Below, piece by piece: positions 24,246 to 39,221 of a stretch of 64,000 nucleotides of DNA. Position numbers and translations under genes: made by a program. The notes below the pieces were generated by a model, which was not told where the DNA came from, did not search any database, and worked only from the letters and a program-made list of their open reading frames with translations. The stretch is taken from NCBI GenBank assembly GCA_051362555.1, contig CM120640.1, positions 23,422,225 through 23,486,224 of the forward strand. The letters run 5' to 3'. How positions within the stretch are numbered: the first letter of the stretch is position 1; each line of letters starts with the position of its first letter. The DNA is from Lingula anatina. Lineage: Eukaryota > Animalia > Brachiopoda.

Positions 24246-27200
24246 AGGGAGAAAGAACGAGAAAATGTAAATGTACACTAAGATCTAATAAACGGATCTT
24301 AGATGTACAGAAGTAGTGAAATACATGCAGATTGCTATAACTATTGCAAAATGACGAATTAAAGTATAAGAATTTTTGACTTTTAAAGCTGATACCGTTT
24401 GAGAAATAATGTGAGACCTTTAGTAAAAAACTGGAAATGTTACTCAATACGTTGTGAATATAAAAAGAAGTGCAAACATTATAAAAATTCTTAAATTGTA
24501 GTAGAATTCTTTAAAAGTAATTTTGTATGTAATTGAAATGCCTCTAATTGTAATTTTATTTTACAATATATCTCCAAGCAGTTTAACATATTGAGAATTA
24601 ACAATAAGTCTGTTTAAAAGTAATGAGTGATCTGATGATATACCAGCCTCACGAGGTAAAGTCAATGAAGTTATAATCACTGTAAACGATAGGGAACAAA
24701 TAAAGAAAAAAATATCAGATAAACTTTCCCTCAACCTGAACTTGTAAGAATGCTGAAATAAAACAATACTGGGAGAGCACTCAAAGAAAAAAGAAACCAT
24801 CCAAGTTTGCGTTCGGTCTTCATAATTGTCTCACATGTCATCTTCTCTAAAAGGATGTATGTTTTGTCTCTGCAAAGTATTACTGGAATTAAAAGAAGTC
24901 CTTGAGAAATCCTAGAAATGAAATGGTCAAATTAGTGAGCTTTCTAGTCAGTGATTGCTTTTTTATCACGTGTCTTCTTTCACGCAACTTCTCCCTTCAC
25001 GCTGTGATCAAAGTGCCATCATCACTAGCAGAATATCTGACAGATCACAAAAGAATGATGACTGTCTCAAAAACGCTAAGTAGTCACGGCGGAATCATAC
25101 TGTTATTAAAAAAAGATTGAGAACTAATTATTTTCGCTTAGCGAAAGTCCCACTTAGAAATGATCGTCTGCTGCCAACTTGAGGAAAAAAGGAAAACAGT
25201 AGTGAAATCGATGGCATAAAGGTAGGGGAAACAAATCAAATTAAAAAGCTATCAAAGACAAAGGAATTCGTAGGTCTTCCGTAGAAGAATTGCGTGCCGG
25301 GGACTCGGCTTTTAATTTAATCAAAAGACTGCTGAATGGCTTCTGTTTACGCCGAACTAAGGCACATGATCAATTACTAATTTACTTGTTTCCTCCGTAT
25401 TCTGTATATGTTTGATGAGGCGTAACTGCGTTTCCTGCGCGTTTTTATCTTACGACGTAAGACGTATAAGCGAACGCGGCGTATGCCCTTACAGTGAATA
25501 GGCTAAAAGTAGTGGTCGCAATCGCTTCACCGCTTTTTATTTCTTGTTTAACAATAGCAGGGAATTACTGCTAATGTCCAAAGATTATAGGAGATCATTA
25601 AGTCTCGGCTATGGTTTAATTTTTCATAAAGAGCTGTCATTTTCGTTTCCTAAGAGGAATGCTAGAATGGCGTGTTAGCAGAGTTAAAGTAGCCTAAAAT
25701 TGGCCCTGGAAACGCGAGGTCTGCAAGTACTACACGATTGACTCTAGTAATGTTGCCGCAATCTAATCAATAATTACAAACCGAAACCAGTAATTTAATT
25801 ACAACACCTCCATTAACTAATAAACAGGGCTAATTTAAGGGGCGAGATTACACAAACTGTGTAACCATAGGTCCCAAAACACAATGGAATAGTTCACCGA
25901 TAATTACTTGTACAAGATACACTGTAATTTAATCAACTGTTCTACGATTTTCATACACTAAGAACTTCACCAGTCAACTATTGGAACGATTCCAATAAGA
26001 AAATTAATGTTTTTGAATAAAGAAATCGTGATATATAAAAAACATAAGTGAATTTATTGTTCATTAACTGCTATTTTACATTTTCTTTTCTACGTTTTGA
26101 AAAGGTTTGGTTTAGCCATTTACTGGTTTGTTTATAATCATTTGATAGGGATTGCGGCTTTGTGAACACACTTTCTGTTGAACATAACTTGATTTTTTAA
26201 ACACTGAAAACCATTCGCATTTAAAAGCTATGCAAAGATCTTGATCTATTTTAATTTGTTTTCACAGAACGCTTGACTTCTCATATGATCGAAATTGACG
26301 GAAAGAAGACTGCAAGTCAAACTACGACGACGACGAGCTACGGTTCCGACCAAGACGAAGAAGGAACAGACTCAGATAAGGAAGACGCGTTCTCTGATGA
26401 ACAACCCAAGAAAAAGCACAGGCGTAACCGAACAACATTTACCACATATCAGTTACATGAACTAGAGCGAGCGTTCGAGAAATCCCACTATCCAGACGTC
26501 TACAGTCGGGAGGAACTGGCTCTGAAAGTCAACCTACCGGAGGTCAGGGTGCAGGTGCGTTTTTGGGCATATTACTTTTCATATCTATCATTTTTTAATT
26601 TCAGTCCAAATTTTCTATCTGGATTCGACATTTGACTTAGGCTACCCGCGTTTATCCGCGTTAATTCTGTAACTTGGTGCCAATTGAACATAAGCGGCGA
26701 TATAATCGGTGTTTCTTATATCCTCAAAATTAGGCCTACTCTCAATATAGCAGTATAGGATGGTTGAAGTGAATGCAGCTGTTTTGTATTCTGTTTATGT
26801 CCTGTGCATTGTTAGAATTGGCTCATTGCCTATTTTATTTTTCTTTATTTTATTGTTCTTTTTATTTTCAAGATGTGTTATCCTTTTACAGGTATGGTTC
26901 CAAAATCGCCGAGCAAAATGGAGGCGCCAAGAAAAGATGGACAGCTGTGTAATGGGAGAAAACTATCCAATGAACAACATGCCAAATCGTAGCCCCGGTT
27001 CTTGTGCTACAAGTCTCTCGACCTCAATGCCTTTGGATTCGTGGCTCTCATCTCCGTTGGCCGGCACAACGGCTCTTCACGCACTGCCAGGTTTCTTGCC
27101 CCCCTCCTTTGCTGCCTATCACCCGTTCTACCCACAAGGCATTTTAGCAAGCGCTGCTCTCATGGGCCATATTCCAAAAGTAAAACACACTCCACAAGCC

Positions 27201-27347
27201 CCATCCATACAAGGTGAAGACAAATGTGCATCGCCAGGTCCCGAGAGTCCCACTATGTCAGGTGATTTAAAGAGCACGAGTATCGCAGCTTTGAGGTTGA
27301 AAGCGAGAGAGCACATGGAAATATTGGGTAAAAATATATCTTGCTGA
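23493..27347 (+). CDS. Rx: Retinal homeobox protein Rx (PRD-class, Q50), 3 exons
   Basis: Exons 23493-23658, 26268-26554, 26892-27347. Octapeptide HTIDAILG, homeodomain [48 protein letters not shown]|[15 protein letters not shown], Rx domain ([12 protein letters not shown]...ALHALPGF) and [18 protein letters not shown]. Confidence 0.97.
24214..24251. repeat. (GA)n/(GGGA)n microsatellite in Rx intron 1
   Basis: Direct purine repeat. Confidence 0.9.
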
Positions 27348-30112
27348 GAGCATATAACAAAATCAAAATTTGCTCCAACCAGGACTTTGATGGTGCAGCA
27401 ATATCAATCACTTGTATTGATTTTATACTTTGAATCTACAAAGCTTGTCAAATATAATAACATAATGCTCGACACGCGGGATGGTCGATTAATTCCCGTG
27501 CATTCATGAAATCTTGCCACAATTTAGTTGTCATTGAAATGATGGTTTCGCAATCGCAGTGAATTATTGTATCTAATCAAAGCATAGTTAGATTAATTTG
27601 GCTGGAAGACGCCTTGCATATCTTAGTTGACGCACGTAGTGGTTGTTTTCAATTATATAGAACTTATTTATATGAATATATTTGCCGCCGTTTTTGTGCA
27701 ATATTGTTGCTTTTTCGTTATGTATATTTTATGCAATTTCGTGACCAATATAATGATTCTTTGTTTTGTTTCGTGAGTAATTCAGACAATGGCTGGCTTT
27801 AAGCAAGTCTATAATATCCATTTTTGAAAATCAGTATATTTTGATAAATACTTGACGATATCGTTTTGGTAGAAATGTCAACATATTAACAACGTCATTA
27901 AAAGTTTTTTCTTCAAATCTGCACAAGTGAAAAAAAACATGTGTCCCCACTAAAAGTTTGCTACTCCTCTTGCCAGTTTCTTTATATATATAAATGTACT
28001 CATTTATTGTTGTACTGTAAGGATAAGAAATGTTTTAGATATAGATATAGTTCTATGAACATTTGGGTATAAATGGAATGCATTTTTGAATTGTTTCTAT
28101 CGTGTTAAAACGGCAGACACAGCCGTTTTTTTTTAGTATTTTTCACCCATTGTCATTGCATGTGGTCATAGATTATTGAGTTTTGTGAATAAAGACAGAG
28201 GGGTTTATGGTTCTCAAATGGTCCCGTTAGGAGTCCTGATTAAAAGGTGCTAAATGTAAGGCAAGAGGTCTAGATTTTAATTAGGACATGCGAAAAGCTA
28301 ATCTCTTCATTGTTAATTAAGTTAGATTACTTATGGAATCGATATTAAGGTGTGATGCTATCGCGGCTCTGATTACCACTGGGGAAAATGTCAATCAACT
28401 AATTTGTTAATTCAGGGTAAGCATTTCTTAATGGTCAGCCAAATTGCAGATTTAGATTTATTATACTTAATAGAAAAAATGCATATGAAATCTAACGGCC
28501 GATTTGTAGACTGTTGGCAACACCGTTCAGAAACCGAAACAACTTATTTGCACGTTTATTAGAACATACAGTATGATGCGACAGGGCTTCGATTTCTGTT
28601 TTGTAGATATATATGAATTTCTATATGCTATCACACCTTGCACAGAAGACAAAGCGGATTGAAGCTACCCTAAACTGAATTTACATCTGAAGACCGCCGC
28701 AAGGAATATACAAATAAAGAATTAAAGAATTGCAAGGACAATCACTGTAACAGCCAGTATGCTTTGCTAAATATTTTGTTCCAATAAAATATTGTTGTCT
28801 ATCTTGGTTTTATTCAGTGTCATGAGTTCTGTGGGTGTTGTCTGATTAAATAGGTTACCGTTTTGTTCCAGTAAATTGTTTTAATATTATTTCTTATGCA
28901 TAACAATACGTTTGCCTGTTTGGCGTAAACTCTGTGATATTTAACAACTGGACTACTGCCCTTACAAAAGTACGGCAACGCACGAGGAGAAATCAACGCA
29001 TGCGATAGTTAATCGAATCTATAGGCTCATTTTAAAAACTTTAAAAACCTTGTTGAATGGTGTCTTATATTACTTCACTGGTATTCTCAAACAAAATACG
29101 AATAATATTACTAATATTTTCACTATCACGAATAATATCACTATCACTAATAATATAATATTCATCATATAAAAGAGATTAACCGTGTTTTTTAATGTAA
29201 AGTGAAAAGACTATTTGTGACAGAGACACAACTAACGGCAAGCAATGGCATTTTGAAAATACATGTTATACGTGTGTTCCTTCATTCAAAAGTCAAAGTG
29301 TACCGTCTAGTCGCATGTTCTAATTTGTTGACACTAATGAAGGCAGTGTGCGCAAGTGTTAAGCCCTGAACTGATTTCTTGGTAACTTTGTTAAATTAAA
29401 GAGGAAGGGGTAATAAGACAATTATTTTATCAATACGCCATTATATTCCCCAGTTTTCTGCCACGACTTCTGTGAAATTCGTTGAACAAAATGTTGTGGC
29501 ATATTACCGCACAATGGTCTTAATGATGTTCTGGATATACATGTACAAGGTATGGCTCCAGTAACGAATAGCTTACTGTCCACAACAGCGACATACTCAT
29601 ATACGCTATCTACTCATCAGCTTCGAAAAGTCCACAAAACACTTCTTTTGAGAGATACTTTCAGTTGAAATGATTCTTCAATAACTGTCTTACTATTTAT
29701 AATTTACTTTAGAACTAATTCTGCTCAAGGCAGCGTGCGTTCTTTCCCCCATCACAATACGTAGCATATGCCACGTGAAGGGCACTCTGACGTGATCCGT
29801 GGTGACACCAAGCGTATAAGCCATGGTCAGGTAACATGGGCATTGTCAATAGAAAAGATAATTAAACTGACAAGAACCTTTGCTGACAGAACTAAAGGCA
29901 ACAAATGATGATAAAAGGTCGCCATGTTCGGTGCAAAAGAGGTGCGTTTTGGGGTTAGTTAACTGAAGGCACACTTCAGGTATAAAGGTGCTAATTAATG
30001 ACTGTAAGGCGCGGTGTTTTGCATGTTTTAATGAGGCCCCACGTGCACCTGCACACGATGTATGTTAAGTTACATAAAATACCATTTGATGTGCTATGAA
30101 TGGATTCATTAA

Positions 30113-30169
30113 ATTTATATTAAAAATCTAATGAATTTAATGTGGATTCATTAGATTTTTAATATAAAT
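30113..30169. repeat. 24-bp perfect inverted repeat with 9-nt spacer
   Basis: atttatattaaaaatctaatgaat (30113-30136) / attcattagatttttaatataaat (30146-30169). Confidence 0.8.
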
Positions 30170-32735
30170 GTGCTTGTAAAACGAACTAGGTTATCGAAAT
30201 CAGTGGACCTATGTTTCCACCCCACCTCCCCTAAAAACCACTCTGTTCAATTCAACCTTTATCATTTTCATTCAGATAATCTCCTTTGTCGTTTGTCTAT
30301 TATTATCTTATCTCCTGGCGTTTATCTTTAGAATAATCCAAATGTCTATTATGTTAAAAATTATCTTACAAAAGTACTGGTTAAAGAAAGAGCAACAATG
30401 AATTTACCACAGGTGCTTTTAAACTATTTTGTTTTTGTTTCTTAACACTTGTTATTTTATCTCAGAATGACGCCTAGCGCCTACGTTATATCCAAGAGAC
30501 TAGATATAACCGCAGCATCAACGGTCCTCATCGGAGGCCCCAAGCGAGCCGTTAGGAGCAAATTACGGGCAGATTTTGCCTTTCACAATACACTTCTGTG
30601 CGCTTATTCGTCGTTAGCTTGTTAGTGCTGATATCCCGCAGCTTAGCTCATAATATTCAATCACAACATAAAATCTAGCCTAATATCACTTCATAACATA
30701 TAATTTCGTTGTCAACTTCGATTTTGTATGATAGATGGTATAATTTGTCCAATTGTTATATTGATAGTAGAAAACTCTATTAGCGCGTAATGCATGGGAG
30801 AGAATTATGATTATTTGAACACAATTAAATGAATTGATCTCGCCACTGGGTAGCTTTATTGAGAGAAAATTAACTAACGAAATGGGAAAACCATAATGAA
30901 ATCATAACCTTGACATAATTTGATTTTGTAAGGCGGGTTTATACAAAACGTAATAATGAAGCGACTACCCCGGGTGGCGTATCAGAGACAGATTTCTGTG
31001 GTCTGAGAAACGGAGTTTCACGATTCGTCTGCAACAAAGAAATCCATTTTCTTAATGTTGTTTGGTAAAACTGATAATTCTTCCTTGGAACATCATTTGC
31101 TCGGATCCATCCCTTATCTGTTTGTATAGCGACTGTTTTAAGTAATCGCATCAGATTAAACGCTTTATTTTTTTTCACCAACAATTTGTGCCATTTTAAT
31201 CAAAATATCTACTATTTTTCTGGTGCGTAATCACCACCTTTACAACAAAAGCAACTGTAGTGCAAGGGCAAAAATGACTTAAGGCTTCGGCAGAGGCGGT
31301 GACTTATTAGTAGGCTTCAGGCGTTTCAACAAAACAAAACGGTATATACAGTAGTTGTACTGGGAAACTAGGTTATTTCTTGGCGCATCACTTGACACAC
31401 ACACACGAGATTAGACAAAGCAGATCAAAATATGATTTTCCAAATTTCGAACATCATTTCTTACTGATGGATTATCTAATTAGTAAACAGTGGGATTTTT
31501 TGCTCTATTTTTGAAGGTTAAAAACCTGTAAACAGTATAGAAATAAAGCACTTCACAAAGGTATTGAACTTTTTGCCTTTTTTAGATATATGTGTACTTT
31601 TCAGTAGTGCACCCTTTAGAATATTTGAATGAAAATGAAGAGGGAGCAGATTCGATGAACAATTCATATATATATAGTTTTTTCTTTAATTCTAAAGTAA
31701 TTCAAGCAGTGCTTAAGACTGAAACAAATTTCCAAATACTGTAGATGTCCTAGAGAGACGTATGCGGGGGCTCTTTTGTTTTAACCTAATCTTTCTATTT
31801 TTTCTCAACAAAGATGATTTGTCATGTACAGATGGATCTGTGCTCCATTGTATAGCTTCTTTTGCTCAAACGACGATAGAGGCTATACAGTGTTATGTCA
31901 AAAATATGTTATGTGAAAAATATGCATTCAAATGATAGTTTAGATTAAAATTGATAAGATGGTAGGTTTTCACAAAAATAACTTAAAATAGAGCCTTTGA
32001 AGAATCTCTGTGATTGACGTATATTAACATAACTTGACCTCAAAACTTGTCTGGTGACCGCTATAATACATATAGTTGGGATTGGAGAGCGATAAATAAA
32101 CAACTACATAAACATTTACAAAATACTTTTTTATTCTTTCACGTCACCTTACTGAACAAAACCAATAATTTAATCATATAAAGTATAAAACAACAAAGTT
32201 ACGCGTAATTTATTATAACAAATTCATGATATATCTTTACGGTACAAAACTTTATAATGATAACAACTTGCCTTACGGAAAAAAAAAGTGCTCAAATAAC
32301 CAGAATCATTTTCAAAAAATGTCTGAGGTGATTTATATATGTAGGAATAGGGATATATCTGACATCACCTGAAGATGACAAATGCAATAATTAGATAATA
32401 ATAGATAATTAGATAATAATTAGGTAATTAACTATAAAATAAATAAATTAATAATAAAATATGATAACAATTTTTAATAAACAAATTTAATTTAAAAAGT
32501 AAAAATTACAAAAAAGAAAGCTTGTGTCTAGTAATCAATAAATTGACTCCATAAGTGGCACCACTGCATCAGTGCCAGATAAAATATACATAAACATATA
32601 TCCCTGGACACGAGTCCTACTAATACATATAAATATATAATAAAATTACACATATACATATATATACAGGGCCATCTTGTGCTAGATCTTTTGGCAATTT
32701 TAGGTGAATAAATATACAGAAAGGTCTTTAGTTGC

Positions 32736-35700
32736 TCATTCTTTAGAAGGAGAAATATCCAATGTTGCATAGTGTTCTTGAGCTTTTAGCCGCAGTTTGT
32801 CTATACTCGTTCGGCGCATGTCCAGAGCCTCTCCATTTCCTGAGCTTGTGGCCAGTGAGGACCCCCTAGTCGGTGTGGCTGGGGGGGACGACTGAGACCC
32901 TTGAGGAGAGAGATACGAGGTCACGAAGCTACCGCCGTATGACGGGGCTAGAGGATGGGCAGCGGCGTTGATGAGGTAGCCAGTTGGCATCAAACCCCCA
33001 TAAGGGGCTTTATTTTGAAGATATTGGCCATGGAGGGCGGAGAGCCCAGCCTGGTGAAGAAACAACATGGGATTCACGCCTCCGAGATGTGGTATTGGGA
33101 CTCGGCCCGTTGCCCACAACGCCGCCGCTGCTGCCGGGTCTGTTGAGGCGATGGCGCTGTTCCCGGCTAGGGCAGCCATGTCAACCAGGCCTTGGCGGTG
33201 TTCTGGAGGGATGAAGGAAGGACTGTCACGGCCCAGGGATTTCTCGCGTTTGCGCCACTTCGCACGTCTGTTTTGGAACCAAACCTTTAAAAAATAAGAA
33301 AAAAATGAGATTTAATAATAAAAACTGATTTTTATTGAAATTCAATCTTATATCAAAAGGACAATAAACGTCTCGTTTTATTACAACTCAGTCAAATTGG
33401 GATCAAACTAATCAAAGCTTTAAAAACAGTGGCACTTTCGCATATTGTTTGTTCATGTCCATATTCATGATATCGCACGAGTCATTTAAAAGTAAAAATT
33501 TCCTTTCTAAAGAATGTACAACTACTGGTTCCCTATGCCCAAGAATATATCAATATATGTAAAATCTAAAGAACACGTTTGCTCTCTGATGACTTAATGA
33601 ACGTTGTGGATTCCCTGTCGTTCCCAGCGATACTCAGGGATAGTTCATTTTAGCATTAGACACGGAGGCAGGTGTTCTCAGACCCAATCAAGGACTTTGG
33701 TTCATTATTTCTATATCCCCATCGCCCCTCTAATATATTTGCTTAAGGACTCTATTAAATTGATGATTATTACTTAGGTCTATTCACAACGCTGCTAATC
33801 ATTAAGCCTCTGGATGAGAAGGGACGACTCTGCATGCGATTTTAATGAAGCAGATTGAAAATCAAACGTTAGTGAATTTGTGTAACGAGTTAGAAAATTG
33901 AGCTAATAAAATGAAGCTGACTTCGATGTTTGCCTTCAGACTTGCGATTAGTGATTGAGGGTTCCAACACTCGAAATGGATCACGCCAACGAGTTATCTC
34001 AATTTCGCCGTAGTCTCATAACTGACATGTTGCAATGATCATATCCGTTGCTCCATATATGTAGAACTGCTCAGCATTTTTTTTACTTTTCTTGGGAAAG
34101 CCTCCAAATTTATGTTTTTATTCTAAATTTGTTGATTTTTGACAAAAATGAGTGATGACATCAAGGTAAATATTGCGCGTCAGTCATCATAACGTCCCCG
34201 TTTGATGACTCAAAGGCGTGAGCTAAACCCCATAATTTTCGCATTATTTCGTTAGGTGAATTTGAAGCGAAGGGGCGAAGGACAACCGACTGAGACTACT
34301 GTATTGAAAGGTCTTGAAAAGCATGAGATCCAATAACTTCAGATTGTGTATAAATCTACACCGAAAGCACCTGTTCAAGTGACAGAAATTATCGGATGGA
34401 AAAATATCATTTCCTCTTTTGGTGTTAATTTTCTTGGTTTAAAGAGAAATTTTCATACAAAGACGGTAACAACATGATAATTAATGCTTCGAGTCTATTT
34501 CTCAATTCTATACGCCTATCTTACTGCCTGAAAATCAAACTAATAACTGTAATTTGAACATTATACATATTGGCGAATTATAATTACAAATATAAAATTG
34601 ATTTAATTGACTCAATAACAAGGCAGCTATCCTCCCACACTACTTTTCAAAGAACACCCACTTATATTTAATTATTACTTGTGGGGTTTTCAAAATGAAC
34701 AATGCTACGAATTACCATTAGAAAACTATAGGAAAAATAATATTAAAAACACACACGAAATCGGAATATATCGCTGTTAAGAACATAAAAACGATAAGGC
34801 CACAGTGCCCTAGACACAGGCAGACTAGAACTGAGTGACAACATGTGCTGAGTTGCTGACACATGCACTCGACGGTCTCAGGTAGCTATATTAACCCAAG
34901 TACTTGAGCCAGCAAATGAGTCTTGGTAGCCAAGACCCAGAACACCCTGCAGTCACTTAATCCCAGTCTCACAGTGCGACTGAATACATTGATTAACTAT
35001 TACTAGTAAACTAATTAACGAGGATTAAGAAGCCATTCGTTCTGTTGAACAAGGAGATGCAGCCATATAATGTTACTAAGTACACAATATCCGGTCATTT
35101 GGCAGGTGATTAACACAAAGCTTCTCTAATGAATTCTTACTAATTATTGGACTTATTTGTTTTCACTGTTTTATATGGGGACAAACAGAGACAAGGTGCC
35201 AGCGACACGGACGGCAGGTCTATGTCGCCGGCCCGGGCGCCATCCCCAGGTAAGCCAGACTGACGGCTATACGAACGCCAGAAAGGTGGTCATTTTTACC
35301 GCTTGGTGCACTTTGAAATATAAATAAACGTAGTAGCTTAAAATACAGGTAGAAATCATAACCACATATACCTATCAATGTCTCAAACCAAAACAGGCTG
35401 AAAACGTTTTGTGACAATATAATATAATATAATATAATATAATATAATATAATATAATATAATATAATATAATATAATATAATGTAATATAAGGCATCGA
35501 TCCGTGAACGAGACCCTCGTTAAAATTGCGCCAATGTAGTGTAAACAGAAAAATATACAATATATCATGTTCTAGGGCTATATCTACTACAGTTTCACAT
35601 TTCTTAGCCTACTTCTTTGTGTGCCTCAAATCTCTGGATTACGTAAATAAATAGTTTAGGTCTGTGTTTCTGTGATATATATGTACTGCAGTGGAGAAAA

Positions 35701-38700
35701 CAATTTTTGAACATTAACTAAAACGCAGTTTCCGCTTGATCGCACTTTTTAACTTATCTTTCGTTTAGGTAAATGGTCCGTTTTTTCTCACTACCATTTC
35801 AAACGTTAAATGGTGATACGTTTCCATATTAGTTAATTACCATTAAATCAGTCCTCGTTCTAATTAATGCCAAGCGCCCGTTTTCATGGAAACACAGAAA
35901 CTTGCCCTGCCCTGTAATTACTGCCGTCACCAACTAGATATATACGCAGGTATCATTTGCCCTGCTTATTTATAGCCAATTATCGCTACTGAAAACCACA
36001 GCACACTGGATTTTGTGGTATATTAAGCGGAAATAGTCTTAAAATCGAACTTACCAGCAACAGTTGTCACATTTACTTGAAACGATTGCAAATCTAATTA
36101 TGAAATTTCTAAAAGTGGTTTATTAACATGTCTCCTATATTCAGGACTGGTGATATAATGGAATATATCTTGAATATGAGTCGGAAGCAGGTGCTTCCAA
36201 GCTTATTACTAAGTGACGGGTCTTTGTCTCAATAATTGGCAGACCATTTCCAAATGATAGATTTGAGTTACACAACTTACATAGTTGAAAGAGATACCAT
36301 TCAAATAACAATTTCCAATGAATCATTATCATTATCATTTTCAAGCCCCTATCTGAATAATAATTTACAGTGCTGTGGCCGAAGCCATGCAGGTTTCCAA
36401 TTGATAGATGACCGCATTAATCGGTGTCTTTCGAGCAAATAACTATGAAAGAAACACGTGTAAATACAGTATAATTCCGCTGAAGCCACATACTATGCCC
36501 ACCTCTGGTTTGACCAATATTTCTTATTTTATCACCATTGAAAAACAAAATTCAAGATAAGCCTCAAAAGTAGACTACAGTTACCATAATTGTGCATCTT
36601 GTTTATTTGAAAGCCATATCAATAAACGGAAGTAATGATTCAAATCTTTTAAAAATCTGCACAGTAAATTTCCCTTTTGAGTCTTGATTACAGTGAATAG
36701 TGTAGTTTCGAAAAAAAAAAAAAAAAAAAAACCTTCCCACAGTGTGCCTAGTTGTGTTAGTTTTAAAAAAACAGCATGATTTGTCTGTGATCTAAATGGG
36801 TTATTCAGTTCATATTTAATAACGATAGTTGGACAAAAAGAAAATGTTAGTTTGATGTATTAAAGTAATATTTTGATCAAATTTTGTCTTGGAGTTTTAA
36901 TATCATTTCTAGTTATAATCATGATTTAATTTTATGTACGACCTAAAATAAATCGCGATAGAAAAAGGCTACTTTGATATTAATTATGTTTACACTCAAT
37001 ATATGGTTTGCAATTCTAATTAATCAGAACATATAAGCGTAAATAATAAAAACTTTTTCCAAAAAATACGTCAGTTTTATGCACATTTGAAAAGAAGAAA
37101 GAATTAACAATAGTTAATTCTGAATTCATGTCTAGACTCGAAGTTTTTCCTCGTCTCTGTAGGTTTTAGTGCGTTTCACAGTCCATTCATATCTGTATTT
37201 TACAGTGAAACACTTATATGCCTAATGTAGTGTTACGTTTTTGAAAAAAAGGGTGAATTAAAAATGGTTTGCAATTCGAAGACTAACGTTTCTCATTTCC
37301 CATTTCTCAACCAAGTACATGAATATGCATCAGCGTGGCATTTGTAGCAAACTTCTTTGGAGAACTGAACTAATTCTGATTGTTATACAGTCTGAAACGT
37401 TCGAAGACATTTTTTGTCAAACCTTTAGTGCAAAAATGGAAATAGATAAATGAATACCATTACATACCTGGACTCGGGCCTCGCTGAGATCTAGCCTCAT
37501 TGCCAATTCCTCGCGCATGAACACGTCTGGGTACTGAGTCTTCTCGAACGCTCTTTCAAGCTGGTGCAACTGGTACGTCGTAAACGTCGTGCGGCTTCGG
37601 CGAACTTTGCGGGGTTTGGAGTCTGGGGCGTCACTGTCTTCGGGATCTTCGTCCACATATCCCATGCTGATGCCGTCTTTACTGGTCTCGCCTTGGAGCG
37701 TGTCGTCGAACCCGCCTGACGATGGGCTTGTTTTGTGCTTGAACGGAACTGCTGGAACGACCAAGGACAATCCTGATGAGGACGGCGACACGGGAGGCGA
37801 AGGAGAGGTAGAAGGCGCCCTTGATCTTACCTCTGAAAAACAGAATTATAGATTTTTTAATCCAATTTATATTGGAACTGCAATTAATACCTCGGGCGAA
37901 GACTCAAGAGGAAGGAGGACGTTTGAACAAACGCGAGCCCTACCTACCTGTCATACTAAACGGTAGTCAGGTTGATATGAAACGGCTTTAAGCTGTTTTA
38001 TGAATCAATTCCAATTGTTTGATTCACTGGTGACTAAGGTCAGTGTCTTTGACATCTAACAGAACCCCGTTGGTAGTGTGAATACCGTTATTTTCTATGT
38101 ATATTTAAACCAATTAAGCCCTTAATTACTCCCTCGCACTACTGGACGACTGAGGCATTTATCGGACCACGGCTGGGCATCGATCCTACGGAAAAGAATA
38201 CATTTTAATTGAGTCCTTTTGTTGGTACCGCATAAGACACGATAATATTGAATAAGAACGAATTAGAGAGCATAATTGGTTATTGATAAGTTGCCGTAAC
38301 CGTAAATACTCCTGGGCGCCGTCAGATTAAAAATGATTAAAAGTCCCTTTCATCCTCTCTGAGTCGTAGTTATCTCGATTGCACCAGTTTGCATAGACAA
38401 ATAACATATACTGACATACACATTAACACCTATCGAATATTTATTGAATATTAATTAATTTCCTTATCATAGCCTTTGATTGTCTTATGTGGGGCTTTAT
38501 TGTTTTTCTACCCCCTGCTCGTAATGCTCCATTACGCCCCGCTTATCTATACCCTGTGCCCTTCCTGCCACTACACTGGCTCGAGTTTACAGCGCGGGAG
38601 GAAAGGAAATCTTAGACAAAATACGGATACAAATTATTGGAGGTACTCTTAGCATCGATGCTAGATTTATGATTAAGTTTTATTGGCCGTAATGAGACTG

Positions 38701-39142
38701 TTTTTCTCCAACCGTCTTAATGAATTAATTGCGGAAAACATTTGTCTTCCGCGACACAGCATATTGACGTAAACTAAAAACAAAGGGATTTTGAAATTGG
38801 AAATTTATGAACGCACTTTGAGTCTTCATGAAATCTTATTAACGTTGTCTTAAGCAAGCTCGTTTGTCAATCAAAGTGCTCTGTTAAGAATAAGGTTTCT
38901 AATGGGCCGATATGGATTTCACTGATGATCAACTAATTCATTGTCTGTGACACTCACAGTAAAATGAATTTTGATGACTGTGAGAAAGTACAAATAAATA
39001 GAATTATAGAATTATAGGATATCATTCAAAGGCTTAATAAAAACGGAGAAATGCACAGGATATTTGACTTATGCTCATTTGACAATTAAGCATAACTCAT
39101 AATTACTATGTAAAATAATCTGATAAAAGTCAATCAAATCTG

Positions 39143-39221
<79 letters not shown>

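Noticed and set aside
35375-35568. Minus-strand ORFs with YYIIL repeats
   Set aside because: Translations of the (AATAT)n microsatellite.
37589-37966. 125-aa plus-strand ORF, and similar antisense ORFs at 32955-33297, 27128-27316 and 62024-62464
   Set aside because: Antisense shadows of real coding exons (hbn, Rx, kinase).
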